Origin: Camelus ferus
Lineage: Eukaryota
NCBI RefSeq assembly: GCF_009834535.1
Contig: NC_045696.1
Coordinates: 51,152,001-51,216,000 of the forward strand
Direction: 5' to 3'
DNA: 64,000 bases
Below the pieces are notes generated by a model that was not told the origin of the DNA, did no database searches, and was given only the letters and a program-made list of their open reading frames with translations. Position 1 is the first letter of the stretch; each line of letters starts with the position of its first letter. Positions 37,915 to 50,195 of this stretch are shown here, in pieces. The translations under genes were made by a program, and so were the position numbers.

Positions 37915-40255
37915 AGTACTATGCCTTATGTATCAAATGAGGACACAGGCAACACGAGATTAGATGAGCTGCTAATGTATATGGTGGAGCCAAAGTTTGA
38001 ATCCAGACACTTTTTACTTTGGGGCCAGACATTTGTTCTGTCTGGCCAATGGTATTGTCTACTCATGTCCTTTGTTCATTTTATCTATGAAGGGTCTTAT
38101 TTTTATAAATTACTTTTATTGAATATTGAGTAGATAGAATAAGTACATAATAGAATACATACATATATTTTGAAAGGTACCCAGAATGACTATGTAACAA
38201 CTTTATATCCCTGTCCAGTTTGAATTTCCCTATGCACCTCCCTGATTCTAAACCCTTTCTTACCATCTCAAAGGGAAATTTGTTCCTATCATTTTTTTCT
38301 TTTTGCTTCTCTTACAGTTTTATTATATTTGTATCCTTTAACTGTATTTACAGTATACAAATTTTTGGTTTTATGTGTTTTGAAATGTTATAAACTGAAT
38401 CTTATTGTATTTTTCTGTGACTCATTCATTGTAAATTGGGTCTAAAATCTAAATAGTGATTGACCTAGCCCAACCTCAGGCTTTTCCTTTATTAGATTAT
38501 TTTCATCTTTTCAGCCTTTACAAATGATTTAAACTGTTTAGTGGAGGCAGCACTGTCAGGGGTTCTAGCAGGGAAGGATGAGGAGAGTGAAGGATGCAGT
38601 GACGGCTGGGCAAGGGGTGTTAAGGTGGGATGGATGAGGACGGAGTCTGTGCAGCGGATGAGCTTAATATTGCACATTGACGGATATATGGCCACTAACT
38701 GTAACTCATGATGTAGGACTAGATTCTTTTGCTATAAAGCACATTCTTGGGACAATTGGTATAACTCTAATGGGGTGTGAGAATTAAGAAGTAGCAATAT
38801 AATGTTAATTTCTCAGTTTGGTTGGTCATGTTGTTGTTGTTGTTATTATTATTATTATTAATGTAGGAAATACCAAAGCATTCCAAGTTGATGGGGCACA
38901 GTGTTAACTGCCAAGTCTGAAATGGTTCAGGGAAAAGGTTATTGTAACATATTTGCCACTTTTTTGTAAGCCTGAAATTGTTTCAAAATTTAAAAAAAAT
39001 TTAAATAGTTTAAAAATATTTTGCATACCAACCACATTCATCTTGTACCATTAAAAAAAAAAATCCTGGCATTTTAAAACTATTTCAATCCAAAGAAAAA
39101 TTCTTGGTGTGGCTTCTGGTTCAAAGAATTGGCAGTCATTATTTTTCTCTTTTCAGCCTCTCCTTGTATCCCAAATTGAAGGACAACACAACTCATGCAA
39201 AGTTTTGCAGGACAAGGACAAGAACCTATCCTTCTTGATTATCTTATTAGGTAATATGTCCTTCAGCATGCAATATATATTTTAAAAATATATTCAATAT
39301 CTGTCTTTTTGTGGAACTGGATTTGCCTCTTTCCCTCTCCTCAGTTTTACATTATGATTATATTCAAACATACAGAAATAGAAGAAGAGTCACCGAACAG
39401 GGGTATATCCCCCACATAGATGAAATAATTGTTAACATTTTGCTATTTTGCTCTCTCTCTATTATCTTTGTCTGTTCAGGCTGCTGTAACAAAAACACAC
39501 AGACTGTGCAGCTTAAACAACAAACTTTTATTTCTCAGGGTTGTGGAGTCTGGGAAGCCGGAGCTCAAGACACTGGAAGACTAGTGTCTGGTGAGAACCC
39601 ACATCTGTAAACAGACCGCAGTCTTAGTATGTTCCTACAAGGTGGAAGCCGACTATGTGTCAGTACATGAATTTGGGAGTAACACATTCATTCTCTGGCA
39701 CTATCTTTGTTGAAGCATTTGAAATCAAGTTGCAGACATCACAACATTTCACTCTTAAATCGTTGAGCATGAATTTTCTAATAACAAAGGCACTCTTCAA
39801 CATAACCCAAAGTATTAATTATGCATATCAATACATTTATCCTAAATCGTTCACTATTCTGTGACACCAGCTCTAATATACATTTCATATTATAAGATAC
39901 ATTCCCTAGTTGCCCTAGAATGTCTTTTATAGCTTTTTTCTTTTTTGGAACCAGGATCTGCAACACTCAATAGCCTTTTACCAATAAGTTCAATCCCTCA
40001 TTTGAAGGAACAAGACCTTGCCATGCAATTCATTTTTCTGCACATTGGAGCAGGGTACATATTATGAGAAGCAGAGCAAAGGCTTTGCGAGGGTGATTTG
40101 TGCCTACAAGCCATTTCACGGTAGGTGCAGGAGTTTGAGACTGGGAGGTAGGAAAGGACAGGTTTTCATCCTGATGCCTTGCAAAGACAGGCCTACAGGC
40201 TAACAAATTAACATTACATCTTCAGGAGTTAGCCAAAGGCGGGGATCCTCAACGA

Positions 40256-40269
40256 CCGCCAGAGGGCGC
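40256..40269 (+). promoter_or_regulatory. CTCF core motif
   Basis: CCGCCAGAGGGCGC matches the CCRSYAGRKGGCRS consensus; ~170 bp upstream of the GRAMD1C ATG. Confidence 0.6.
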
Positions 40270-40435
40270 AAGGGGCGCCGACAAGGTGGCCCTCGGAGAG
40301 CGGGCGGGTGGACTGGACGTTCAGGGCTGGGAGCCTCGAGCGCGCGTCGGGGGTGGGCGCGGGGCGCGCGCCTGGCCGCCCCTTCCCCGCGGCGGGGCGC
40401 GCGTGCGCGGTTCCTTGGCGGCGGAGGGATCAGCG

Positions 40436-40462
40436 ATGGAAGGCGCTCTGATCGTTCGCCAG
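40436..40462 (+). CDS. GRAMD1C: GRAM domain-containing 1C (Aster-C), coding exon 1
   Basis: Kozak gcgATGG; MEGALIVRQ; donor CAG|gtaagc; resembles the remembered human N-terminus MEGAPTVRQ; ATP6V1A-GRAMD1C synteny. Confidence 0.92.
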
Positions 40463-41364
40463 GTAAGCGGCGCCTGGCTGGGACGGGTTTCCAAACGGTG
40501 GTTTTGCCCGGCGGCTTTCTTCACGGAGGTTTTTTGAACCCTCTCAGCTTGTGAAAATTACTTCCTCTCTTCCCTTTTCTGGGTGCCCTTTGGGATAATG
40601 TGGAAAGTTGTTACCGAGGAAACGGTTTCCTGTGCTTCCTGCGAGCTTTTTCCCCTGGGCCGTGGTGGGAAGTCTCCCCTGTGGGCGCGCAGTGCTGGCT
40701 TTTGGTCCCCCAAGAAGTCCTAGTCCAGACGCCTCAGCCCCAGACCCCACTGTCGTGGTTCTGACCCGGTATTACGTTGATCGGTCTCACGCCGTTCCCT
40801 TCACTAACAGCTCTTGATAAAAGGGCTCCGAACTCTAGTTTAAATCACTGTGCTGTCAACCACGTTTTTGGTTTCAACTAGTTCTGGTATTTGTTTACTA
40901 CTTGTAATTTGTTATTTGATAAACTTTTGTTGCAGGACTACCTGCGTTTCTGAGCGCTACCCTCATTGCTTTTACATTGGCTGTGAGTGTATGTTTTACT
41001 TTTAGAGGATCGCAGTCAGTGCAACAGCTTTTATTGGGGAGCATTTTACAGTTTATAAATCGGTAGAGGCAGAGAACTGCTGGATGAACAAATAAATGAA
41101 TGCATTATTTCTGTTGATTCTCAAAACATTACCATAAAATAGGCCAGGTAGATATTCATGAACCCAAGCTGTCACTCATTCAACTGTTTTCCTTGGCACT
41201 GCGTGTTTGGGATAAGACGGTGAGCTGCACGGACGTGATCCCTGCTCTCAATGAGCTTGCTGTCTGGCCTAGAGAGCGTTGTTGCCCCTATGGAGAAAGC
41301 TGATTTAGAGAGATTGAGTGACTGCCGGTGACCACACAGCTAACAAGTTAGAGAGATAGGATTC

Positions 41365-41775
41365 TGTTGTGGCCACTCTACAAAGCCAGAATGGACCAAC
41401 CACCCTACATTTGATTTGAAGATAGAAAATGATGATGCCAAACACACACACCATGAAGAGGTTTATTACTTATATATAAAGGCTTTTACTTATATGTGTA
41501 CACAGTGAAGAGGGAAGAGCAGGGCGGTCTTCTCAAGCAGATCCCAAATGACTTGAAAGGGCAAGGAAGGAGGCTGGCTCCGGGATTTTATTGTGGTTAG
41601 GGGTAGGGTCAGGGGTCCTCTATTTGGACAGAAGCTTGCTTGTTTGACTCTCCCACCCACACCCAGGCTCTCTTAACAGTTTGCCCATTTGAGGGACAGA
41701 AAGGATGCAGGAGACGTGGGGCTTAAAAGCTGTTAGCAGGTTAACATAAAAAATGGAATGAGACTCTTTATTACA
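41365..41775 (-). mobile_element. ERVL 3' LTR, MER74-like
   Basis: TG...CA ends on the minus strand (tgtaataaagagtc...acaaca); polypurine-tract-like aggggtgaat immediately upstream at 41776-41785. Confidence 0.75.
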
Positions 41776-44700
41776 ATTCACCCCTGATATCTGATGACTG
41801 AAATGTACCATTTTCATTTAGTTGAATTTGAACTTGTTTAAATAAGCCTTTGTGGCTCTTGGATGAAGCCTGCAGCCTGAAACCAGTAAGGAAGATGAAA
41901 GTTCCCTTGAATGCTTTGTTCAGGAATCCAACGATGTGTATTTTGAGAAATAAAATGAGTACCTTGGTCACTGTCGGTAATGTCTGGAACTCTTGATGGG
42001 GATAAGGAGTGTCTTGATGAGGCCTTTTATTGTGGCTTTAGTATTTGGATAGACACACGTGACCTTGATTTATATTCTGAGTATCTGAAAGAGAATTCCA
42101 GAGTTCTTTACTCTACAGGGTGTAACTCTTAGGCAGTGGCCCAAGGGTCTGTAAAAATGTGCAGAGGGAGCCAGTTGTTGGCCAGAGCATTCAATGTTAA
42201 GATAAGATAACTGTGGGAAGGTCAGCCAGTTGTGCTGACCTCCGAGTCCTTTCCTTCAACAGGAACATCCTGGTTCAGGGATGACAAGCAGTAGGTGCTC
42301 AGTGAGCTCCAGCATGTGCGTGCTGGTGTTGCTGTCTACCGAACAGCAGGTTCGCCCATCAGACTTCAGATGGGAGCTTGAAGTCTTGAAATCCTATTGC
42401 TGTTCACTCCGTTGAACCCAGATCAGTCTCCAGGTATTGAAGGGGTTCAGGAGAGAGGTGACCTCTTCTAGCACCATGACATCTGACAAAGGAATGAGGT
42501 CAGGGGAGGCCATTCCCACCTGTAGGTGGGATATGCCAGAGGGCCCACATTTGGTTCTGTCCTGCATCAGGAAGTCCTCAGTGGCTGTGCTGACCTTACA
42601 AGGTGCAGCTTCCAGGACCCAAGGGATAATGGGCAGCTGGGTATGGAGGGTCACAGGCTCAGAGCTGGTGAGAGCCTCTGCTTCCAGGAGAGTTTAGTGT
42701 GCTGTCAGTAATTGCTGCTTAAATGGCATATAGTGTGGAGTGAGGACATAGTTTCTTGCATCAGAAGCCTATGGATAACTTATGGACATCACAGGTGGTC
42801 CAGAGACTCCAGGAGTCCTGAAAAGAGGCTGCTAAAGTCTCTACAGTGAAGGATTCTTTGTGTGTATATGCGTGTGTTTTTTATGGGGAGCAGCAGGGAG
42901 GAAGTAGCACTGTTGGGAGTGTCTGTTATATTATCATTTTGACAAATTCTAGAATCTTTTTTGGGAGGGGGCCCTATTCAGGGTGGACTGACCTGCAAGT
43001 AACAGCATAAGTAGGCATTAAGTAAAATTTATAAATGAATACTATATTGCCTGCAGAATCCAAAAGGACCTAAAAGATGTTGGACTTGTTTTAATGTTGT
43101 GGGTGCAGACACGGTCAGTAGATGTTTCTTGACATTGTCATGGATGGAGTGGACCTTGGGTTACTAAATAGTTTTCAGGAATTTATCCAAGATAGTAGGC
43201 CTTACACTATGTGTGGGGCAATGACCCATCCTCTTTTCATGAGTATTTGTATGCCCTGAATGGGTGTGTCAAAAGAATGTCCTCAGAGGAGGATATAATC
43301 AATGTAACATCACACCCGTTCTCCTGGAGAGATTTGGATACAGTTACCTGTAAGGTTGTATGTGGTGGCAAGGCTTTTTAAGGTACCCTGTGGGTAGCCA
43401 GGTAAAAGTATATTGTGTTCCTCTGGAGTGAAGGCAAACTGTGACTGAGAGGTCATTGAAAGAGGCATTGAACAGAGCATATCCATCACATTTATAACAT
43501 CAAAATATCTACCAGTTTCTGATTGGATGGTGTCAGTAACTTCAGTAGTATTAGGTATAGGGGCCTTCATGGACCACAGCATCAGGGATACAGTAATCAC
43601 CTGTGAGGCACCATTAATTTCCCACCTTTACCAGGTCACATTGGGCTATTAAATGGAGAAGCAGTAGGGATAATCACTCTTTCACTAATTAGGTCTTATA
43701 TAATAAACCTCAATCTTTGAAGTCCCTGTTTTATTTTACGTTGAGCTATAATAACTATTTTAACTAGGGGTTGGGAAGTCATCCATGGGTTCCCACTTTT
43801 TAAAAAGCCTTTTTGTAAGCCCCAAAGACTTGAGTTAAATTTATTACCATTGAGTCAGAGCATCCTTTGGCACTGTGGGATATTCTAGGGTGAACTATAC
43901 TACAACCAGGGAGAATTTAGGCAAGGTGGCAGTTCTGGTAGTTAAGGTGAGACATACCTATTTGTTGTCTATTTTATGTTGAGTAATTCCCCTAAGATTA
44001 CAGACGGTATCTTGTTTAAATTTAGTGATCTCCATGTATAACTATAGTTTGAGCTCAGTATTGATAAAAGGCGTAAAGATCTTCCAGTTGATGCATTTTA
44101 GCAGGTGTTGAAGTTCATTCAAAACCTATGCTGTAGAGGTGCAAAAGCCAGCCTTTATCTTTTGTTATATAAATTATTTTAATACATTTTGGATTTCCAG
44201 CTGGGTCAAGTTATGGACTTCTGTTTCAATTTTTTTTTTTTTTGATTGGTTGGTTTATGTCTCCTCCCTGTATCCAGCTATGTTTGTTTCTTTTTCTCTC
44301 TCTTTTTGGTAGTTAGTCAATGTACTTTGGGAGGAGGGGGTCTTCTCTATCCTTAATTTCTTCCTCCAGAGAGCCTCAAATCAGGATCACCAGGGTTGGG
44401 GGCTTCCCTCATAGCAGTGGTTACTTCATAGAGATCAGGAAACTCAACCTTAAGTTGAGTTTGAATTAGTTCTTCGCTGTACTGTGCGAGTGCCACGGTG
44501 CTTTCCCTGTAACCTTGAGGGTCAACATTTTTGTTACAACAGAGGCATAGGTGGCAGTGTCAGTTTTTGAGTCCTTTTCTCTCCCTTTTTTACTCCATAG
44601 TGACGGCTCTTTCATGAGTGACCACCCCATGGGCCCCTGTCTCGCACAGTGTATAATCTTGCCCCTGAGTACTCTGTAGGTTGAGGCCAGGGCCTGGTTG
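41776..44700 (-). mobile_element. Degenerate ERVL internal region (gag-pro-pol relic)
   Basis: RT-like SQSQFAFT...PQG (ORF 43310-43600) followed in frame by YIDY (43295-43306, from YIDD); connection-like TQLPIIPWV...QDRTKCGPSGIS (42394-42654); protease-like INT/AQTIVIHGD near 44030-44070. Confidence 0.8.
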
Positions 44701-45016
44701 AGACATCTGATTCTGATATTTTATTTCTTCATTGTTTGTATAAAGCAAAGGTAATTACCCAATTTCCCTACCAGTGGATAGTCAGGTTGTTTCCACTTTC
44801 TTAGTATTAAAAACATTGTTGACCTCATGTCCACATTAAATCTCTGGGGCGTAGTACATCTATACCCATCTTGGACCCTACCAGGCATTGCAAATTATCC
44901 TCCAAAGAGATGGAACCAATTATTACTCCTGTTACATTGTATTTTTTACTGTTTAATTGTTCCTCTAGCTGACTGTGAACTTCTGGAGGTTAAGGACTTT
45001 ATTTTACTCATTTTTG

Positions 45017-45159
45017 TTTGTTTGTTTATTATTTTGGGGGAGTGGGGTGGGGAGGTAATTAGGTTTACTTATTTATTTTTAGAGGGGGTACTGGGGATTG
45101 AACCCAGGACTATCTGTATGCTAAGCATGCGCTCTACCACTTGAGCTATATCCTCTCCC
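45017..45159 (-). mobile_element. tRNA-derived SINE (Vic-1 type) nested in an L2 3' end
   Basis: 18-bp TSD ttatttta(c/t)tcatttttg at 44999-45016 and 45161-45178. Confidence 0.9.
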
Positions 45160-45409
45160 TTTATTTTATTCATTTTTGAATTCTAGTGCCAACTAAAAAC
45201 TACCTAATAAAATAGTAGTAGTTGGAAAATATTTGTTGTATGTGTAACTCTATGAACTATAGAAGGGAAAACATATTGATTGCTGTTTTCTAAAAGCTTA
45301 AATATTGTCCTTTTAATGTTTACTTGTGTATTTTGAATATTAGCTCTTTTCTTTTTTAAAATGGGCATTTCTCAGTAAGTAATTTAAATTGTTTGATACT
45401 TGTTTCCAG

Positions 45410-45553
45410 GTAATAAATGAAGGAGATTCAAGCTTTGCTGCTGAATTCCAGGAAGAGTTAGAGCAAAATCCTAGTCCAGTTGTGGATGAGAATAATATAG
45501 CTAAAAAACAGGGGCTAAATTTATATAACTGGAGTGGTGACTGGAGCTTTTGG
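45410..45553 (+). CDS. GRAMD1C: GRAMD1C exon 2 (144 bp)
   Basis: tttccag|GTA ATA AAT: VINEGDSSFAAEFQEELEQNPSPVVDENNIAKKQGLNLYNWSGDWSFW; donor TGG|gtaata. Confidence 0.93.
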
Positions 45554-46823
45554 GTAATATATATTTTTCTCTTATATCTTCATTTTAATCGTAAATGCAA
45601 GTTTTCTTTCAGTCTACAGCAATTCTTATACTATTTATAATATTTTCTTATTAGCTTCTAGATTTTAGATATTTAAATTTTAATCCAGAGTCCCACAGAC
45701 ATTTCTGGTTCTGCTCTCCTTTGGCCACTAGGGTGCACTGTTGTCTGGCTTGATGGAGTAGAATTGTCTGCTTCAGTTTCCCTGGGAGAAAACTACACCA
45801 CAGAATTGGACTCCACTCACATGGTGTTCATTATATCGGCAAGAGACTAATGTTGTACAGAAACTGTATTTCTCAATGTTAGTGAGAAGCCAGCTATTTT
45901 ACATGATTTTGGTTAAAGAATTGCTTCCTGTACCTAAAAGAAAGTTTGACGATGTTTGACCTGCAGTGTACAGTGATTATAAGGTAGGTTTCAAAGCTAG
46001 GAGTTTCATGTTCTGTTTGCACTGTGCTCACCTGGTTGCGTATCCTGGATGTGCTTCAGGTTTCCCCGCTGTGAAATGAGATAGCTGCTTGTTGACTAGG
46101 TGCAGAGAGTCTTTTGGTAAGAACATTTCTGTTACCATATGAATGCCAGCAGTTACTGCATTGAAGGGCTCATTCTAAATCTAATAATTCCTGTGAGACT
46201 TATGAACCATTTGGTAGAATCTGGTGTAATGCAACTGTAAGTGAAATTTATATAAGATTATAAGGAATATATAGTTCTAATATTAATTCATTAGAAAGCT
46301 CATCTCTAGAGGATCAGATATACTTGGTAGCAGAATTTCTTCTAATTTTAAAGTAGACTAAAAAATAATAATAGGTTGTAAGGATCAGGACAAGCACCAT
46401 CGTTCTGTTCATAATTAGCAGCTCACTTATTGAATGCTATTGAATCTTAATATAAATAATAGATTCTTACTTCCCTTTAAACCACTTACCTCATGAGTTT
46501 TTTTTTTTTTGAGCCATATCCTAAGGAAAATATTTAATTGCTAAGAAATATACTAAAATAACTACACATCCTAAAAATCATGCCATCTATATTGATTCAA
46601 TTATTTTGGTTGCATTTTGAGAAAGCTTATGACTGTTGGAGTGTTCTCGTCCTTCTGCACTGTGATTTTTATAGCTTCCGTTATAGTGTGGAAAATCTTT
46701 ATAGCTCCAAGGGCTATCTACAGGGCTAAACAGTTACTGTGGCAGACTTAAAACAACAAAAAGGGTAAAGCAAGAAAAGGAGAAAGCAAAGGAATGAGGG
46801 GATTTAGAAATACAAGGAGAGGA

Positions 46824-46954
46824 GGGGAAGGTGTAGCTCCAGAGGTAAGAGTGCATACTTAGCATGCACAAGGTCCTGGGTTCAATCCCCAGTCCTCCTA
46901 TAACAGTAAATAAATAAATAAGCCCAATTACTTACCCACCAAAGGGAAAAAAAA
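46824..46954 (+). mobile_element. tRNA-derived SINE (Vic-1 type)
   Basis: ggggaaggtgtagctccagaggtaagagtgcatacttagcatgcacaaggtcctgggttcaatccccag with an A-rich tail. Confidence 0.88.
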
Positions 46955-46987
46955 TAAGAGAGAGGAAAACAGAGGTCCATGTTCTAA

Positions 46988-47152
46988 AGCTCTGCTACTC
47001 AAAGTAGAGTACATGGCCCCAGAGCCAGGCATCACCTGATTAGAAATGCAGAATGCCAGGCCCAGCCTCAAACCTACTGAGTCAGAATCTTCATTTTCAC
47101 ACGATCTCCAGGTGATTCGTATGCACATTCAAGTTTGAGAAGCGCTGATTTA
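46988..47152. mobile_element. MER5A-like hAT MITE
   Basis: ctactcaaagt...ggcatcacctg...ttagaaatgcagaat...gcacattcaagtttgagaagcgctg. Confidence 0.8.
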
Positions 47153-48806
47153 GAGTGTTGAATGTCCACTTTGGCTCAGTTTAAGTTTCTATGCTAATTG
47201 CAAACCCTTTATTTTGAGGACTTTTTATATGAATTCAGATGGACTAGACTGAGACAAATACAACATCTCAGAAGTTTTACTGACCTTTCCAAAGGTCACT
47301 TATCCAGAAACCAGAATTATCAGAACTTAGACGCAAACAACAAAATGGAGCCTGAACTAGCTAAATCAGAGGTCATGCTGATGGCTCTCATAAGAGGAGA
47401 ATCCCTCAAGCCTTCGTTTGGAATTTCTTTAATGTATTTTTGATATTTTTTTTTAATAAGCCTAAATAAGTAGGTTCCCATTGTGTAGTTGAATAAATTA
47501 TTGGAAACAGGAATTATTTGGTGATAACACATGGACAAGAGCAAGAAATGACAGCAGAAACTCAAAAAGTGTAGGAACCTGGGCCTCTTACTGTGGAGGC
47601 CAATGGCCCATGCTGATCGTTGGCTCTAATGTAACTGGTAAAAACGATGGCTAAGAAATCTGGAAAATAAATAATGCATTTTTTTCCCCTCTGCCATTTT
47701 AAATCCACACGCTTTCTACTACTTGTTCCACCATGTTGCCATTTTCATGTTCTCGTGGCAATAACACAGGAGCTGAATCAGTACAGTGAGATGGCAGAGT
47801 TCACGGAGGGAACCAGAATTAACACAAGGAAGACCAGTAGCCTGACAGGAAAAGATTCATGAGGCACATGACCTGGTAGTTAAGCAAGGAATTAGTGTCT
47901 GAGCCATTTTACTGCAACATCGAAGGAAATCTGTGCCTTTTCACTTTAGGGAAGTTTCTACCAAAAAAGACTGGTAACTTTGTAAAGTTTGGTATTTAAA
48001 GAGTTAAGCCCCAAGAACCTGAAAAATTCACTCATGTGGAATACCTCATGTATTCTGGCCAGGCTAACTGCATTGATCTAAATGTAGTGAATTTAGAGGG
48101 CAGCGTGATATCATTGAACAAATTAGAGTTTGGGAACAAAACATCTGGGATAGAGTGCGTGCATCTGTTTAACCTGTTTCCTTCTGGTGCCTCACTTGTA
48201 AAGTTAGAGACTGGGCCACAGTATTGCAGCAACGGTGTGTCTTGAATCAATAGGAGAGAAAGAGGGGTTTATGGCCAGCAAGTGATCGTAATTTACAGCC
48301 CTGAAAGCTGTGTGTCGGTCATAAAAAACTCTGGGCATACTCAGTGAGAGTATATCACACGGGGAACACTTCCCCTTAACGTTGTCCCAGTGGTTGAAAA
48401 GGTTGAAAGGTCCTGGATAAGATTATATACTATTTGTAATATTAGAAAATTATTTTGATGCTTCCCACAGATACAAAAAAAATTGTGAAAAAGTAACAAA
48501 AAGATACAAGAAAGTGAACCAAAGTTTACTGAAGTTTTTTTCCCCTCCTGAGGTTGATTTCTTTTACACCCTATCCATTTAACTTTATGCTACTTATTAG
48601 ATTGGCAAGTGTCTTTCTGACAGTGGGACTTTAATTTAAATGAGTATGATTAAATCGCCATAGCATTTGATAATGAGATCAACAGCTGCAGATTTTCACT
48701 TTCAATCTTGTAATATAAACATAGGAATCTTGTTTCATTTGTTTTTTAATTTTAAAATGAAAATATTTAATCATAGTATGTGGGAAATGAGTTTTGTCGT
48801 TGACTT

Positions 48807-50195
48807 AATTTTTTTAATTTTAAAAATATATTTTATTTTATATTTATTTATTTTTATTATTCTTATTTTTTAGTAAAGTATAGTCGATTTTACAATGTTA
48901 GTTTCAGGTATACAGCAAAGCGATTCGGTTATGCGTATACATACATATGTATTTATTATTTTATATATATGTATTTTTAGTTTCTTTTCCATTATGGCTT
49001 ATTACAAGAAACTAATATAGTTCCCTGGGCTATACAGTAGGTTCTTGGTGCTTATCCACTTCACAGATAGTAATATCGTTAACTTTTTTTTTTTTTTGAG
49101 TATAGTCAGTTTACAATGTTGTGTCAATTTCTGGTGTACAGCATAATGTTTCAGTCACACATATACATACATATATTCCTTTTCATTATAGGTTACTACA
49201 AGGTATTGAATATGGTTCCCTGTGCTATACAGAAGAAGCTTGTTTATCTATCTTATATATAGTAGTTAGCATCTGCAAATCTCGAACTCCCGATTTATCC
49301 TTTTCTATCCCCTTTATCCCCTGGTAACCAAAGTTTATTTTCTATGTCTGTGAGTCTTTCTGCTTTGTAAATAAGTTCATTTGTGTTTTTTGTTTAGATT
49401 CCACTTATAAGTGACATCGTATGGTATTTTTCTTTCTCTTTCTGGCTTACTTCACTTAGAATGGTGATCTCCAGGTCCATCCATGTTGCTGCAAATGGCA
49501 TTATTTTATTCTTTTGTATGGCTGAGTAGTATCCCATTATATAAATATACCACATCTTCTTTATCCAGTCTTCTGTTGATGGACATTTAGGTTGTTTCCA
49601 TGTCTTGGCTGTTGTAAATAGTGCTGCTATGAACATTGGGTGCATGTATCTTTTTGAATTAGAATTCCCTCTGGATATAAGCCCAGGAGTGGGATTGCTG
49701 GATCATCCAGGGTAAATCTGTTTTTAGTTTTTTGAGGAAATCTCTATGCTGTTTATTATGATGGCTGCACCAAACTACATTCCCACCAACAGGAGGGAGG
49801 GTTCCCTTTTCTCCACACCCTCTCCAGCATTTATTGTTCGTGGACTTTTTAATGATGGCCATTCTGACTGGTGTGAGGTGATACCTCATTGTAGTTTTGA
49901 TTTGCATTTCTCTGATAATTAGCAATACTGAGCATTTTTTCATGTGCCTATTGGCCATTTGTATGTCGTCATTGGAGAACTGCTTGTTTGGGTCTTCTGC
50001 CCATTTTTGGATTGGGTTGTTTGTTTGTTATTAAGTTGTATAAGCTGTTTATATATTCTGGAAATTAAGCCCTTGGGAGTCACATCATTTACAAATATTT
50101 TCTCCCATTCTGTAGGTTGTCTTTTTGCTTTGCTTATGGTTTCCTTTGCTGTGCAAAAGCTTAAATTAGGTCCATTTGTTTATTTTTGCTTTTAA
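48807..50195 (-). mobile_element. Two tandem antisense 5'-truncated L1s (~48807-49073 and ~49088-50195)
   Basis: Two L1 3' ends; the second includes ORF2 C-terminal peptides (ORFs 49394-49645, 49659-49958); three copies of the target site. Confidence 0.88.

Larger units (their letters stand above)
40240..40800. promoter_or_regulatory. GRAMD1C: CpG island / promoter of GRAMD1C
   Basis: Only strongly GC- and CpG-rich segment in the window; GC boxes; NRF1-like GCGCGTGCGC at 40399-40408; contains the ATG exon. Confidence 0.9.

Noticed and set aside
44440..44462. Near-perfect palindrome aaactcaaccttaagttgagttt
   Set aside because: Short, isolated and inside decayed ERV sequence; no evidence of function
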